Assembly: GCA_964622235.1 (NCBI GenBank)
Contig: CAZUNB010000001.1
Span: 9,360-73,359 of the forward strand
DNA from: an uncultured Candidatus Saccharibacteria bacterium
Lineage (GTDB): Bacteria > Patescibacteriota > Saccharimonadia > Saccharimonadales > JAGPDM01
Direction of reading: 5' to 3'
Length of the DNA: 64,000 bases
The notes beneath the pieces are model-generated. The model had not been told where the DNA came from, did not search any database, and worked only from the letters and a program-made list of their open reading frames with translations. A program made the translations under genes and the position numbers. Below are positions 1 to 8,830 of the stretch, one piece after another. Positions within the stretch are counted from its first letter, which is position 1; every line of letters begins with the position of its first letter.

Positions 1-29
1 CACTCGGATATACAATTCTAACTGGTTTC

Positions 30-437
30 ATGATCTTTTTTGGTTTTTTATTTTTTATTATCCCAGGTATCTTTTTGGCTGTAGTATTCAGCCTCGGCAT
101 CCCATTAATGGTATACAAAAAAATTGGTCCAATTGAAGCTATCGGCCAAGCACTGCGAATTGGTAAAACACGTTTTTTTGAGTTGTATGCAATTCTATTT
201 TTTGCTGGAATGATTGGTTCTTTCACGGGTGGAGTTACAAGTCTCGTAGCAAAAACTGCTACGTACTCGAGTATTTTAGCTGATTTTACATACCGAGACG
301 ACAACAATATACAGAGGCCACAGCTGCACTGGACTAATTGGCTGGCTGTTGGAATCTCTATTTTCTTTATTCTGCTATTATTAAGCTTATTCGCATTCTT
401 AATAATCGCATTGATAGCAATTGCAGCTAATTCATGA
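30..437 (+). CDS. Hypothetical small integral membrane protein (about 3 hydrophobic helices)
   Basis: 135-aa ORF with hydrophobic N- and C-terminal segments. Its stop overlaps the next gene's ATG (ATGA). No recognisable motif. Confidence 0.4.
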   Translation: MIFFGFLFFIIPGIFLAVVFSLGIPLMVYKKIGPIEAIGQALRIGKTRFFELYAILFFAGMIGSFTGGVTSLVAKTATYSSILADFTYRDDNNIQRPQLHWTNWLAVGISIFFILLLLSLFAFLIIALIAIAANS

Positions 438-1225
438 TCAACAGAGGTCAATCATGGGCATTAATCACAGGTGCATCAAGCGGATTTGGAGTAGAATTTG
501 CTAAACTTGCTGCAAATGATGGATACAATCTTGTTATTGCTGCTCGTCGCATCGATAAGCTAGAAGAGTTAGCGAAAGAAATTAAAAAATCACACAATGT
601 TGAAGTTGTCGTAGTAGAAATTGATCTAAGTATGGCTGAGAATATTAATAACTTTTATCGGCGGTATCGCCAAAAAAATGGTTTTGATATGGTCATTAAT
701 AACGCAGGCTTTGGTGATAATAATTTTTTTGTTGATAGTAATACAAATCGAAACAGACAGATGATAGAGCTAAATATTACGTCATTAACTGAGTTGTCAC
801 AATTAGCACTAAAAGATTTCGCTCATAAAAAGGCTGGCTATTTGATGAATGTTGCATCAATTGCAGGTTTTTTTTCAGGTCCAGGTATGGCAGTCTACTA
901 TGCTACAAAAAATTACGTTTTATCTCTGACTGAAGCTATTGCTGCTGAAAATAATAATTCTGGGATTAAGATCTCAGCTCTCTGCCCTGGCGCTACACGG
1001 ACTGGTTTTGAGTCAAATGCAAATATAAGAGGCCAATCAATTTTCGACAGCAATAAAAAACTTCCGCATGCTGCTGAAGTTGCTAGCTACGGATATAACA
1101 AACTAAAACAAGGTAAAATCGTCGCAGTATATGGATTGCAAAACAAATTTGTCACCCACGTCGCTCGTCGTTTTATGACAAGAGCAGTTACAAGAAAAAT
1201 CATCAAGAAGATTTCGGAAAAATAA
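434..1225 (+). CDS. Short-chain dehydrogenase/reductase (SDR) family oxidoreductase
   Basis: N-terminal Rossmann TGASSGFG glycine motif, NNAG motif, and a catalytic Y-x3-K (YYATK). Length is 263 aa, typical of classical SDRs. Confidence 0.8.
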   Translation: MINRGQSWALITGASSGFGVEFAKLAANDGYNLVIAARRIDKLEELAKEIKKSHNVEVVVVEIDLSMAENINNFYRRYRQKNGFDMVINNAGFGDNNFFVDSNTNRNRQMIELNITSLTELSQLALKDFAHKKAGYLMNVASIAGFFSGPGMAVYYATKNYVLSLTEAIAAENNNSGIKISALCPGATRTGFESNANIRGQSIFDSNKKLPHAAEVASYGYNKLKQGKIVAVYGLQNKFVTHVARRFMTRAVTRKIIKKISEK

Positions 1226-1328
1226 ATATTAAAATGACTCCCAGATTCCGAAGGTGTATATCGAAACTTGCTGAATTAATAAACGTCGCACAATATTTAA
1301 TTATTTTAACTATTCTCATGAAGCCAAG

Positions 1329-2177
1329 CTACTGGTCTAAACGAAATGGTACCTGTGCTTCATTGGCGAATAATAGCGCTGCATATAGACGTTCCGTCAA
1401 CAGTGGCTGTTCAGAGCTCAATTGCACTAGCCAACGTGAAAATCCAGATTGCAGCTTTTTTTGCTGTAAAACAGCACTGACTGAGACTGTTTCAGAAATG
1501 GTTGCGCCTATATCGAGCTTGATTAACGCCTTCATGACAGCAACCGGGTCTCTAGTGTAAAGCACTGCTAAACGGTCAGCCGACATAATCGCTCGTCGTG
1601 ACCAAAAACCAAACATTGATTCGATAAATGTTCCTATTCCAAAAAATGAGAATGCTTCCGAGAAACGACGGACGAAAGACAGCAATGGTGCCGAACCAAA
1701 AACTATCATTCCTACTTCGCGAGTTAGTAAAATTCTTAACTCAGCATCATCCATGTCTGACAGTAGGCTATCATCAAGCAGTATCAAAAATCGTTTTCCA
1801 CTTCCTAGTGTTTCAATGCGGCGCGTGTCGAGATCATCAGTTACGAATAACTCAATCGGTGGTGATTGTAAATTAATTGAAATTTCTTGTAGAAGATTTT
1901 GGACATTGTAGTGTCGCGTCGCCATGATTGATATCCCGTTAGCAACCACGCGACGCTGTTGAAGTTTAATCTTAATAAAACCAAAAATAATTAATCCGAC
2001 AAACACCGCCAAAGCACGAATGTCAGTTAATAATACTACTGTGAGGATAAATAACCCAAGCGCAAGCATTGTCATAAGCAGGACAGTAGTATCCACCGAT
2101 TTTTTAGCGGTAGCAATTGACTGCAGAAAGTATTGCTGGACGTTTCGCTCCTTGCTTACTTCTGCTTGAGGCTGCAT
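1329..2177 (-). CDS. Membrane protein, M48 (HtpX/Ste24)-like fold with degenerate zinc motif (putative pseudo-peptidase)
   Basis: Two N-terminal TM helices followed by a C-terminal ADRLAV...DPVAVMKALIKL segment resembling the M48 C-terminal helix. The position expected for HExxH reads T-R-E-V-G-M (RExxM), so both zinc-ligand histidines are missing. Confidence 0.4.
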   Translation of the reverse strand: MQPQAEVSKERNVQQYFLQSIATAKKSVDTTVLLMTMLALGLFILTVVLLTDIRALAVFVGLIIFGFIKIKLQQRRVVANGISIMATRHYNVQNLLQEISINLQSPPIELFVTDDLDTRRIETLGSGKRFLILLDDSLLSDMDDAELRILLTREVGMIVFGSAPLLSFVRRFSEAFSFFGIGTFIESMFGFWSRRAIMSADRLAVLYTRDPVAVMKALIKLDIGATISETVSVSAVLQQKKLQSGFSRWLVQLSSEQPLLTERLYAALLFANEAQVPFRLDQ

Positions 2178-2179
2178 GA

Positions 2180-3433
2180 CTAATTAAAAATCTTTAGTTT
2201 ATCAAAAATTGATTGATCAGCACTATCAAAATCAAATTTTTTGTACTCATCAAAGACTGCCTTTTGAGCTGGGCTATCGTAACAAATTTTGTTTATATTG
2301 TTATAGAAAGATTTCGTTTTTTCTACATCACTCTGATCGAAATACGAACCAGAATCGAACAAGACATCCCCTAGTTTTGAGTTAGCACTGCTATAACTTG
2401 TACCACTAGAGTCAGCACCATCTATGGCAGACTGTATTGACACTATATCTGCAGTAAATCTATCTACATAGAACTTACGTAGCTCTACGAGGTCAGTATC
2501 TTTTAGTGATAATTTAGCTAAATCATCTTTGAACTTTGTTAGTTCACTTATATATTGTTTGCCAGCTACTATATTAGAATTAACTTCGTAATCAGCATTT
2601 TTTCGATCATTATAAATTTTCGTCATAGCCTTTGAGTGCGGCCTAGTAACATCTCCAAGCAGAGCAAGATCTGCTTGTGCAACTGTTAGCTTACCAATGC
2701 ATTGGCTCTGAGAAGCATCGAATGCAGCAATATTTTTACCGAACTCATCATTGTGGATTGTAGTATATGGCTTAGCAAGCTTATGAAACTCTTGATAATT
2801 GTTACCAGCACGCTGGAGCGCAGATGTGATATCTTCGTTTAAACTTGCGCTTGGTTCTAGTAGTTCCTCACCACCGCCCGTATAGACTATACTATCACTC
2901 AGATGCCCATAAATCATTAAATCAGTTACGTCATTAATGCTTGATGATGATTGACTGGCCGCCTGTAGAACCTCAGGTTTTTTATCTTTGAAGTAGGTAG
3001 AGTAAAGATAACCGCTCAGACCAACTACCGCAAAAATTGCTAGACCTGCCACGATCACAAACCACTTTTTCTCGAGTAGCTTATCGAACCAACTCTTACG
3101 TTGTTGTTGCAACACTGTGTTATTAACGGTTAAATTATCAAGCCCCTCCGGAATGAAAACGTTTTGTGTCATATTATTCGGTATATTTGGTGGTTGAACA
3201 GGGGCTTGGTGTGGCTGCATTTGAGGTTGGTTAGTTTCATAAGTTGTTTGTGCTGGCTGAGCTGTCTGAGTTATTGTTTGATTAAACTGATTGTTATCGC
3301 TATCAATTGCTGTGAACTGTTGGAGTGTAGACGCAGCGGGCTGAGGGTTCGCCGGTGGACCTACGTTAACTTGGACCGGTATTGAACCATCAGTATTAAC
3401 ATCCCCACCACTCTGCTGATTTTGATCATCCAT
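2180..3433 (-). CDS. Hypothetical type II membrane protein: Q/P/N-rich disordered N-terminus, single TM helix, about 260-aa extracytoplasmic domain
   Basis: Low-complexity Gln/Pro-rich first about 130 aa, then a KKWFVIVAGLAIFAVVGLSGYLY hydrophobic helix, then a non-repetitive domain. No catalytic motifs recognised. Confidence 0.45.
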   Translation of the reverse strand: MDDQNQQSGGDVNTDGSIPVQVNVGPPANPQPAASTLQQFTAIDSDNNQFNQTITQTAQPAQTTYETNQPQMQPHQAPVQPPNIPNNMTQNVFIPEGLDNLTVNNTVLQQQRKSWFDKLLEKKWFVIVAGLAIFAVVGLSGYLYSTYFKDKKPEVLQAASQSSSSINDVTDLMIYGHLSDSIVYTGGGEELLEPSASLNEDITSALQRAGNNYQEFHKLAKPYTTIHNDEFGKNIAAFDASQSQCIGKLTVAQADLALLGDVTRPHSKAMTKIYNDRKNADYEVNSNIVAGKQYISELTKFKDDLAKLSLKDTDLVELRKFYVDRFTADIVSIQSAIDGADSSGTSYSSANSKLGDVLFDSGSYFDQSDVEKTKSFYNNINKICYDSPAQKAVFDEYKKFDFDSADQSIFDKLKIFN

Positions 3434-3478
3434 CGTTAAACTTTAGTATATCATAAGCAGTTTAGGCTTTCGCTCGTT

Positions 3479-4249
3479 TTAAGCCTTTAGGGTTGGTAAG
3501 ATATCGGCAAGCTCACTTGCTAGTGCGCCGAACTTGAGTTTTTGACCAGCCTTCGAGTGAAGTTGAACCGCTTGCTTAGCAATATCAAATGCCAACGAAT
3601 TCGGTGTCTGCGCCCAAAGCCCAGCGATTATACCGGCCAAAACATCACCACTGCCAGCAACCGCAAGTTTTCGGTTTGGTTTATTAATTTTCCAAGATTT
3701 ATCATCACAAAAAATCATCGTTGTACTACCCTTTTCTATAATTGTCGCTTCGGTTGTTTTGGCAAGGTCAGACATATTGACCTCTCCGCGCGACTCAAGC
3801 AAGCGTTTAGCTTCGCCACCATGTGGCGTTAAAATACACTTCTCGTGCAGCATACTCCAAAGATCATCATTGCTGGCAATAAGATCAATAACAGCCGCAT
3901 CAATGACAAATGGGTGTTTTGATAACAGTAGCTTATCTAATAAATTTTTAGCTAAAAGAGCACTGTTTCCAACAAACCAACCTGGTCCACAAACCAACAC
4001 GCCTTTTCCCTTAAGAAAATTATCTACCTGTTCAAAATTACCGACAACGACTTCAGGCAAAACAATACTTTGAGCTATTGGTAATAGCTTCTCATCAACA
4101 CATAAAAAGATTATGCCTGCTCCAACTCGAAAAGATGCTAGGCTAACGAGTGAAGTTGCACCCAATCCAGTATCGGGTTGGTCTGGGTCGGACAAAATCA
4201 TTACGCTTCCACGCTGATATTTGTGTACAGATTGATCGTTCATATACAT
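3479..4249 (-). CDS. ADP-dependent NAD(P)H-hydrate dehydratase (YjeF C-terminal / carbohydrate-kinase-like family)
   Basis: HKYQRGSV...GATSLVSLASFRVGAGII start matches the YjeF-C HKGxxG...GA...AAlraGaGlv signature. PHGGE and the GSGDVLAGIIAGL glycine-rich ATP motif are present. Confidence 0.65.
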   Translation of the reverse strand: MYMNDQSVHKYQRGSVMILSDPDQPDTGLGATSLVSLASFRVGAGIIFLCVDEKLLPIAQSIVLPEVVVGNFEQVDNFLKGKGVLVCGPGWFVGNSALLAKNLLDKLLLSKHPFVIDAAVIDLIASNDDLWSMLHEKCILTPHGGEAKRLLESRGEVNMSDLAKTTEATIIEKGSTTMIFCDDKSWKINKPNRKLAVAGSGDVLAGIIAGLWAQTPNSLAFDIAKQAVQLHSKAGQKLKFGALASELADILPTLKA

Positions 4250-4264
4250 TTACGATAGCACAAC

Positions 4265-6055
4265 TCAATCTTCAAGAAAGTCACCAGACTGATGTTTCCA
4301 CAACTCCTGATATAGTCCACTTTTTTCAATCAACTCATCGTGAGTTCCCTGTTCGATAATTGAGCCATTATCAACCACAACAATCCGATCGAGCTTCCGA
4401 ATCGTGCTTAATCGGTGCGCGATGACGATGGTTGTGCGCTCGCGCATCAGATTATCGAGTGCCTCAATAATAAGTTTTTCACTTTTGCTATCGAGTGCCG
4501 ACGTCGCTTCATCAAGTAGCAGAATCGGTGCTTCAACTAGCATTGCTCGTGCAATTGCCACGCGCTGCTTCTGACCACCGCTGAGCTTGATTCCCCGCTC
4601 ACCCACCAGCGTGTTATAGCCGTCAGGCAACTTGTCGATGAACTCAGCGGCATAGGCAAGCTTTGCAGCCTGCTTCATGTCAATATCACTGGCAGATGGC
4701 TTACCATAGCGAATATTCTCTTCCAGAGTTCGGTGAAACAAGATTGGCTCTTGTGACACATAAGCAATCTTACGACGTAATTCTTCTTGTGATACTCTCG
4801 AAATATCCTGACCATCAATTGAGATCGTACCACTTTTAATATCTGCAAAGCGTAGAAGTAATCGTGTTAATGTTGTTTTCCCGCCTCCGCTAGGGCCGAC
4901 TAGCCCGACTTTCTCACCAGCTTTAATACCGAGATTAAGCCCCGAAAAAACTGCCTCGTCTGTATCATCATAGGAAAATGTAACATCATTGAATGAGATA
5001 CTTCCTTCTGAAAATCTAACTGGCTCTGGGTTTTCACTATCTAGAACACCATGATCTTGAGCAAGTATTTCTGTCATCTCTGCAGCTTCAGAAACTAATA
5101 TCTCGGCTCTCTCCACTGTTTGGTTGAAATTAAATAAGTTCTGATAAATAGAAATCATATACAGTTGTGCAGCCAAAACTACTCCTACGCCGACCAACCC
5201 GTTAACAATTAAATAAACCGATATGAAAACATACGATGCTACGAAGAGGACTACCATAGCCCATCGAAAACTTCGAATATGTGCGCCAAAAGTCCAGGCC
5301 TTGCGACGCTTATCGGATCGCTCTTGGCTAATCTTTATAAACTCATTTTTTTCAAATTCGCTACGTCCGAAAGTTTTTACCGTCATAATATTTGCTAAAA
5401 CATCTGCTACGCGCCCAGTAACCTTCGAATCTGCTTCGGCTTCAATCCGTGTATACTTTGATTTTTTACGCGTTAAATAAATAACACTAATCAAAAAAAC
5501 AACAACCCAAGCGATGAGATAGTATGCTAATTCAGGTGCAATGAATAATAAAACAATTATCGAGCTTAGAATATTAATAACCAGCGTATAAGTTTCAAAC
5601 AAAATCACTTTTTCGAGCTCTTGATAGCTTCGCAAAAATCGGTTGAATTGAGTAACGAGCGATCCAGAAAAACTATTACTAAAAAACTCATAACTATGAC
5701 CAATCAAACGGCCAAAAACTCTTCTTTCAAGTTGCTTAAGACTCTCGCGAGACCGAAAGATAAATGTAAAATCATTCGCTCGCCACATTGCCATTTCGAA
5801 TACGGTGAGACCGACTACAAGCAGGGCAAGCCTATATAACACATCGGAGTCTTGTCCAGGAGTAAATTCAGCTAAAGCTTGGAATAGTTGAGCTAGATAA
5901 TACCTAACAGCTGCACCACCCGCCAAAACTGCAAAAAAAATAACAACAAAATGAAGCGAAAATAGCCACTTATACAACTTAGCTATATCTAGGTAAAATC
6001 TCATCGTTTTACGGAAAGTATTTTTATCAACTTTTATCACTTCGTTCTCATTCAT
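4265..6055 (-). CDS. ABC exporter, fused permease + ATPase (type I exporter, MsbA/MdlB-like), subunit B of a heterodimeric pair
   Basis: Six N-terminal TM helices. Walker A GPSGGGKTT, ABC signature [15 protein letters not shown], Walker B ILLLDEATSALD, H-loop IAHRLST. Confidence 0.85.
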   Translation of the reverse strand: MNENEVIKVDKNTFRKTMRFYLDIAKLYKWLFSLHFVVIFFAVLAGGAAVRYYLAQLFQALAEFTPGQDSDVLYRLALLVVGLTVFEMAMWRANDFTFIFRSRESLKQLERRVFGRLIGHSYEFFSNSFSGSLVTQFNRFLRSYQELEKVILFETYTLVINILSSIIVLLFIAPELAYYLIAWVVVFLISVIYLTRKKSKYTRIEAEADSKVTGRVADVLANIMTVKTFGRSEFEKNEFIKISQERSDKRRKAWTFGAHIRSFRWAMVVLFVASYVFISVYLIVNGLVGVGVVLAAQLYMISIYQNLFNFNQTVERAEILVSEAAEMTEILAQDHGVLDSENPEPVRFSEGSISFNDVTFSYDDTDEAVFSGLNLGIKAGEKVGLVGPSGGGKTTLTRLLLRFADIKSGTISIDGQDISRVSQEELRRKIAYVSQEPILFHRTLEENIRYGKPSASDIDMKQAAKLAYAAEFIDKLPDGYNTLVGERGIKLSGGQKQRVAIARAMLVEAPILLLDEATSALDSKSEKLIIEALDNLMRERTTIVIAHRLSTIRKLDRIVVVDNGSIIEQGTHDELIEKSGLYQELWKHQSGDFLED

Positions 6056-7829
6056 CTAGAAAATCTCCTGACTGATGGCTCCAAAGTTTAGCATAGAGAC
6101 CTTTTTCGGCAAGAAGATCATCGTGGCTACCCTGCTCGACAATCTTACCGTCGTTCATGACAATAATCCGATCGAGTTTCCGAATGGTACTTAATCGGTG
6201 GGCAATTACGATTGTAGTTCGTTCTTCCATCAAGGTATCAAGTGCATCGGCAATCAAAGCCTCACTCTCGCTATCGAGTGCAGAGGTAGCTTCGTCGAGT
6301 AAAAGAATCGGTGCTTCGACTAACATGGCACGCGCGATTGCCACACGTTGCTTCTGACCACCACTAAGCTTCATACCACGTTCGCCTACCAAAGTTTCAT
6401 AACCTTTGGGTAGTTTGTCGATAAATTCCGCAGCGTGCGCGAGCTTGGCGACTCTTTTAATCTCATCCAGGCTAGCATCAGGATTTCCGTAAGCAATATT
6501 TTCACGAATACTACGGTGAAATAGTATCGGCTCTTGGCTAACGAACGCAATATTTCGACGTAGCTCGTCTTGGACAAGCTCTGATATATCTTGGTCATCA
6601 ATCAAGATTTTCCCAGAATTAATATCCATGAATCGTAGCAAGAGTTTTGTTATGGTTGTTTTCCCGCCTCCGCTAGGGCCAACCAGCCCGACTTTCTCAC
6701 CAGCCTTAATATCAATTGATAGATTTGAGAAGAGATTGCTATTTGCTTCATCATATTGAAATGAGACATTATCAAATTGAATTTTTCCCTTCGCAAAGTT
6801 TGGTGATATTGCATCTTTGTCATCCTCTAAGTCAGGAGAAGTTCGTAAAATTTTTGTCATTTCAACAGCATCACTAATCGCCTTTTCTAATCGTCTTGTG
6901 ATATTTCCAATTTCCCAAAAATCACCAAATAAACGAAATAAATAGTAGGTTGTTAGCAGTAAGACCCCAACACTAACTGTGCCGGCAATTGCTGATTTAA
7001 TTGACCAATATATAACAAAAAACTCTAGAGATATCATTAGAATACTTTGAATGAAGCGTAGATGTTCATCCCAAAACCAGCTTGTTGAGCGTTTTTTATA
7101 TCTATCTTGGCTAACTGATTCATAGCGTTTTTGTTCAAACTTCCTACGACCGAAAATTTTAATATTGGCTGTGTTTGTGATTGCATCGGCGAGCTCTGCT
7201 GTGACCGAACTATCAGCAATCGCCGCGATGCGCGAGAACTTGCTCTTATACGAACTAAGGGCAACGATTACAGACACGAATACGATAGCCCAGACAAGCA
7301 AAGTGAATCCAACAACAGGGAAGATTACTAATAAAATAATAATAAAACTAACACCTCGAATAACCATAGGCGCCAGATCCCAAAAGAATATATCTTGAAC
7401 TGATTCGAGGCTGTTAACGAACCGATTGGTCTGCGTAACTAGCGCTCCACCAAAACGATTTGAGAAAAACGAGTATGAACGTTTCTGTAATTCCGAAAAT
7501 GTTTTCTGCTCTAAATCTCTCATTGCTTTTGCCTGGAATGCAATATACGTATACGTAACAATTCTCCATAGAGCAAAAATCGCAAACAGTGATATTCCAA
7601 TATAAATTAGTAGCTGCCATAATTCATCCGCCAGTCCTGGGTTAGCGGCAAGCTGTGAAATCTTATCGAATACCTGACTATATAAATATGGTAACAGTAC
7701 TCCTTGAATTAGCACTGTGACTACCATGAGCCCTACAGATAGATAGAATGCCAGTTTATACTTATTAGCTGCATTCAAATAGTAGCGCATGGTTTCAGCT
7801 GTAATTCGTCGATTTGTTATTTTTTTCAT
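6048..7829 (-). CDS. ABC exporter, fused permease + ATPase, subunit A of a heterodimeric pair
   Basis: Same architecture and motifs as the neighbour ([35 protein letters not shown]). The two genes overlap by 8 nt, suggesting co-translation. No N-terminal C39 peptidase domain. Confidence 0.85.
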   Translation of the reverse strand: MKKITNRRITAETMRYYLNAANKYKLAFYLSVGLMVVTVLIQGVLLPYLYSQVFDKISQLAANPGLADELWQLLIYIGISLFAIFALWRIVTYTYIAFQAKAMRDLEQKTFSELQKRSYSFFSNRFGGALVTQTNRFVNSLESVQDIFFWDLAPMVIRGVSFIIILLVIFPVVGFTLLVWAIVFVSVIVALSSYKSKFSRIAAIADSSVTAELADAITNTANIKIFGRRKFEQKRYESVSQDRYKKRSTSWFWDEHLRFIQSILMISLEFFVIYWSIKSAIAGTVSVGVLLLTTYYLFRLFGDFWEIGNITRRLEKAISDAVEMTKILRTSPDLEDDKDAISPNFAKGKIQFDNVSFQYDEANSNLFSNLSIDIKAGEKVGLVGPSGGGKTTITKLLLRFMDINSGKILIDDQDISELVQDELRRNIAFVSQEPILFHRSIRENIAYGNPDASLDEIKRVAKLAHAAEFIDKLPKGYETLVGERGMKLSGGQKQRVAIARAMLVEAPILLLDEATSALDSESEALIADALDTLMEERTTIVIAHRLSTIRKLDRIIVMNDGKIVEQGSHDDLLAEKGLYAKLWSHQSGDFLDE

Positions 7830-8093
7830 ATTTCCTTCTTTTTATCGTACTACTTTTTCTGAGGATTTTTCGCCTCTGTTACAAAAAATCTATATGTTAT
7901 TGTATTTAGGCGAATAGCGCTGTTTGAACACAATTGTGCAACGACCTACTAGCTCCTGTGTTTTTTATTTTTGTTATTTTAATCATAATATAAATATTTT
8001 ATCACAATAAGTAATTTTATGCAAAATATTTTTTATTAGATATGAACACTTGTGTTAAAAAATACACTACCGCAAATTAAAATTCTGTACTTA

Positions 8094-8747
8094 TTATTTA
8101 ATGCTCTTTTTATTTTTTTTAGTTTGTTTAGTCTTTTGAGTAGTGGCTGGTGCAAGATACTGTGCCAGTGCAATGCCGATGATACCACCAATCATTGGGC
8201 TCAGGATGTAAACAACTGAAAAACTATTCGCGGCATATGCTACGGCCGGATTAAGCATACCGTTGGAAGCAACCGCCATACTTAGACCAACCAAAAGTCC
8301 AAAACCTATAACCACACCAGATAGTTCTGAACGAACCGTTTCAAATACAACTGAGCCAACCGCAAATGCAAAAATACCGGTACCGAGAATTTCACTGACA
8401 ATTACTGGCCATTGTGTCATCAGTGGAAGATCGACTGCTGGGTTGACCAACAGATAGCTTGCCATCGCAAGCGCGGCAATTCCACCAAGCATTTGGGCGA
8501 TCACATAAAAAATAGCTTTTTTCAAACCTATTTTTCGAGCTACAAATAATCCAGTCGTAATTGCAGGATTAAGGTGTGCTCCAGAAATAGGACCAACCGC
8601 ATAGACCATAACCATAAGAACAATACCTGCCATCAATGGTGTTGCTATCGGGAATACTTGACTAGATAATGTTAAAACAACAACAGCAGCCAGTGCGAAC
8701 GTACCGATAAATTCTGCAATTACTGCTTTAAAGTCTTTACTGTCCAT
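8094..8747 (-). CDS. Aquaporin / MIP-family channel
   Basis: Two NPA boxes (SGAHLNPAIT and NGMLNPAVAYA) in a 217-aa protein with six hydrophobic helices. Confidence 0.85.
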   Translation of the reverse strand: MDSKDFKAVIAEFIGTFALAAVVVLTLSSQVFPIATPLMAGIVLMVMVYAVGPISGAHLNPAITTGLFVARKIGLKKAIFYVIAQMLGGIAALAMASYLLVNPAVDLPLMTQWPVIVSEILGTGIFAFAVGSVVFETVRSELSGVVIGFGLLVGLSMAVASNGMLNPAVAYAANSFSVVYILSPMIGGIIGIALAQYLAPATTQKTKQTKKNKKSIK

Positions 8748-8830
8748 TTTTCAACTCCTATTAGTTACGCTAAGCATAACCTATTTATAGCAACTTTTTC
8801 AAGAGAAACTATGATTAGAAGCTAAACTTA

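Noticed and set aside
1234-1560. 108-aa plus-strand ORF and other same-type antisense ORFs (e.g. 3164-3385, 3542-4073, 5223-5839, 9247-9852, 13105-13401, 21779-22158, 27230-27571, 29987-31834, 43419-44757, 47035-47448)
   Set aside because: All lie antisense within or across well-supported longer genes (M48-like, Nnr, ABC exporters, NHL, ABC ATPase, valS, murE, RSH, groEL, pgi). Their low-complexity or Cys/Ser-rich translations are typical of shadow ORFs.
4265-7829. The heterodimeric ABC exporter pair as a bacteriocin/peptide exporter linked to the pilin-like small proteins
   Set aside because: Neither subunit has an N-terminal C39 peptidase domain, the small pilin-like proteins lack double-glycine leaders, and the two loci are 48 kb apart.
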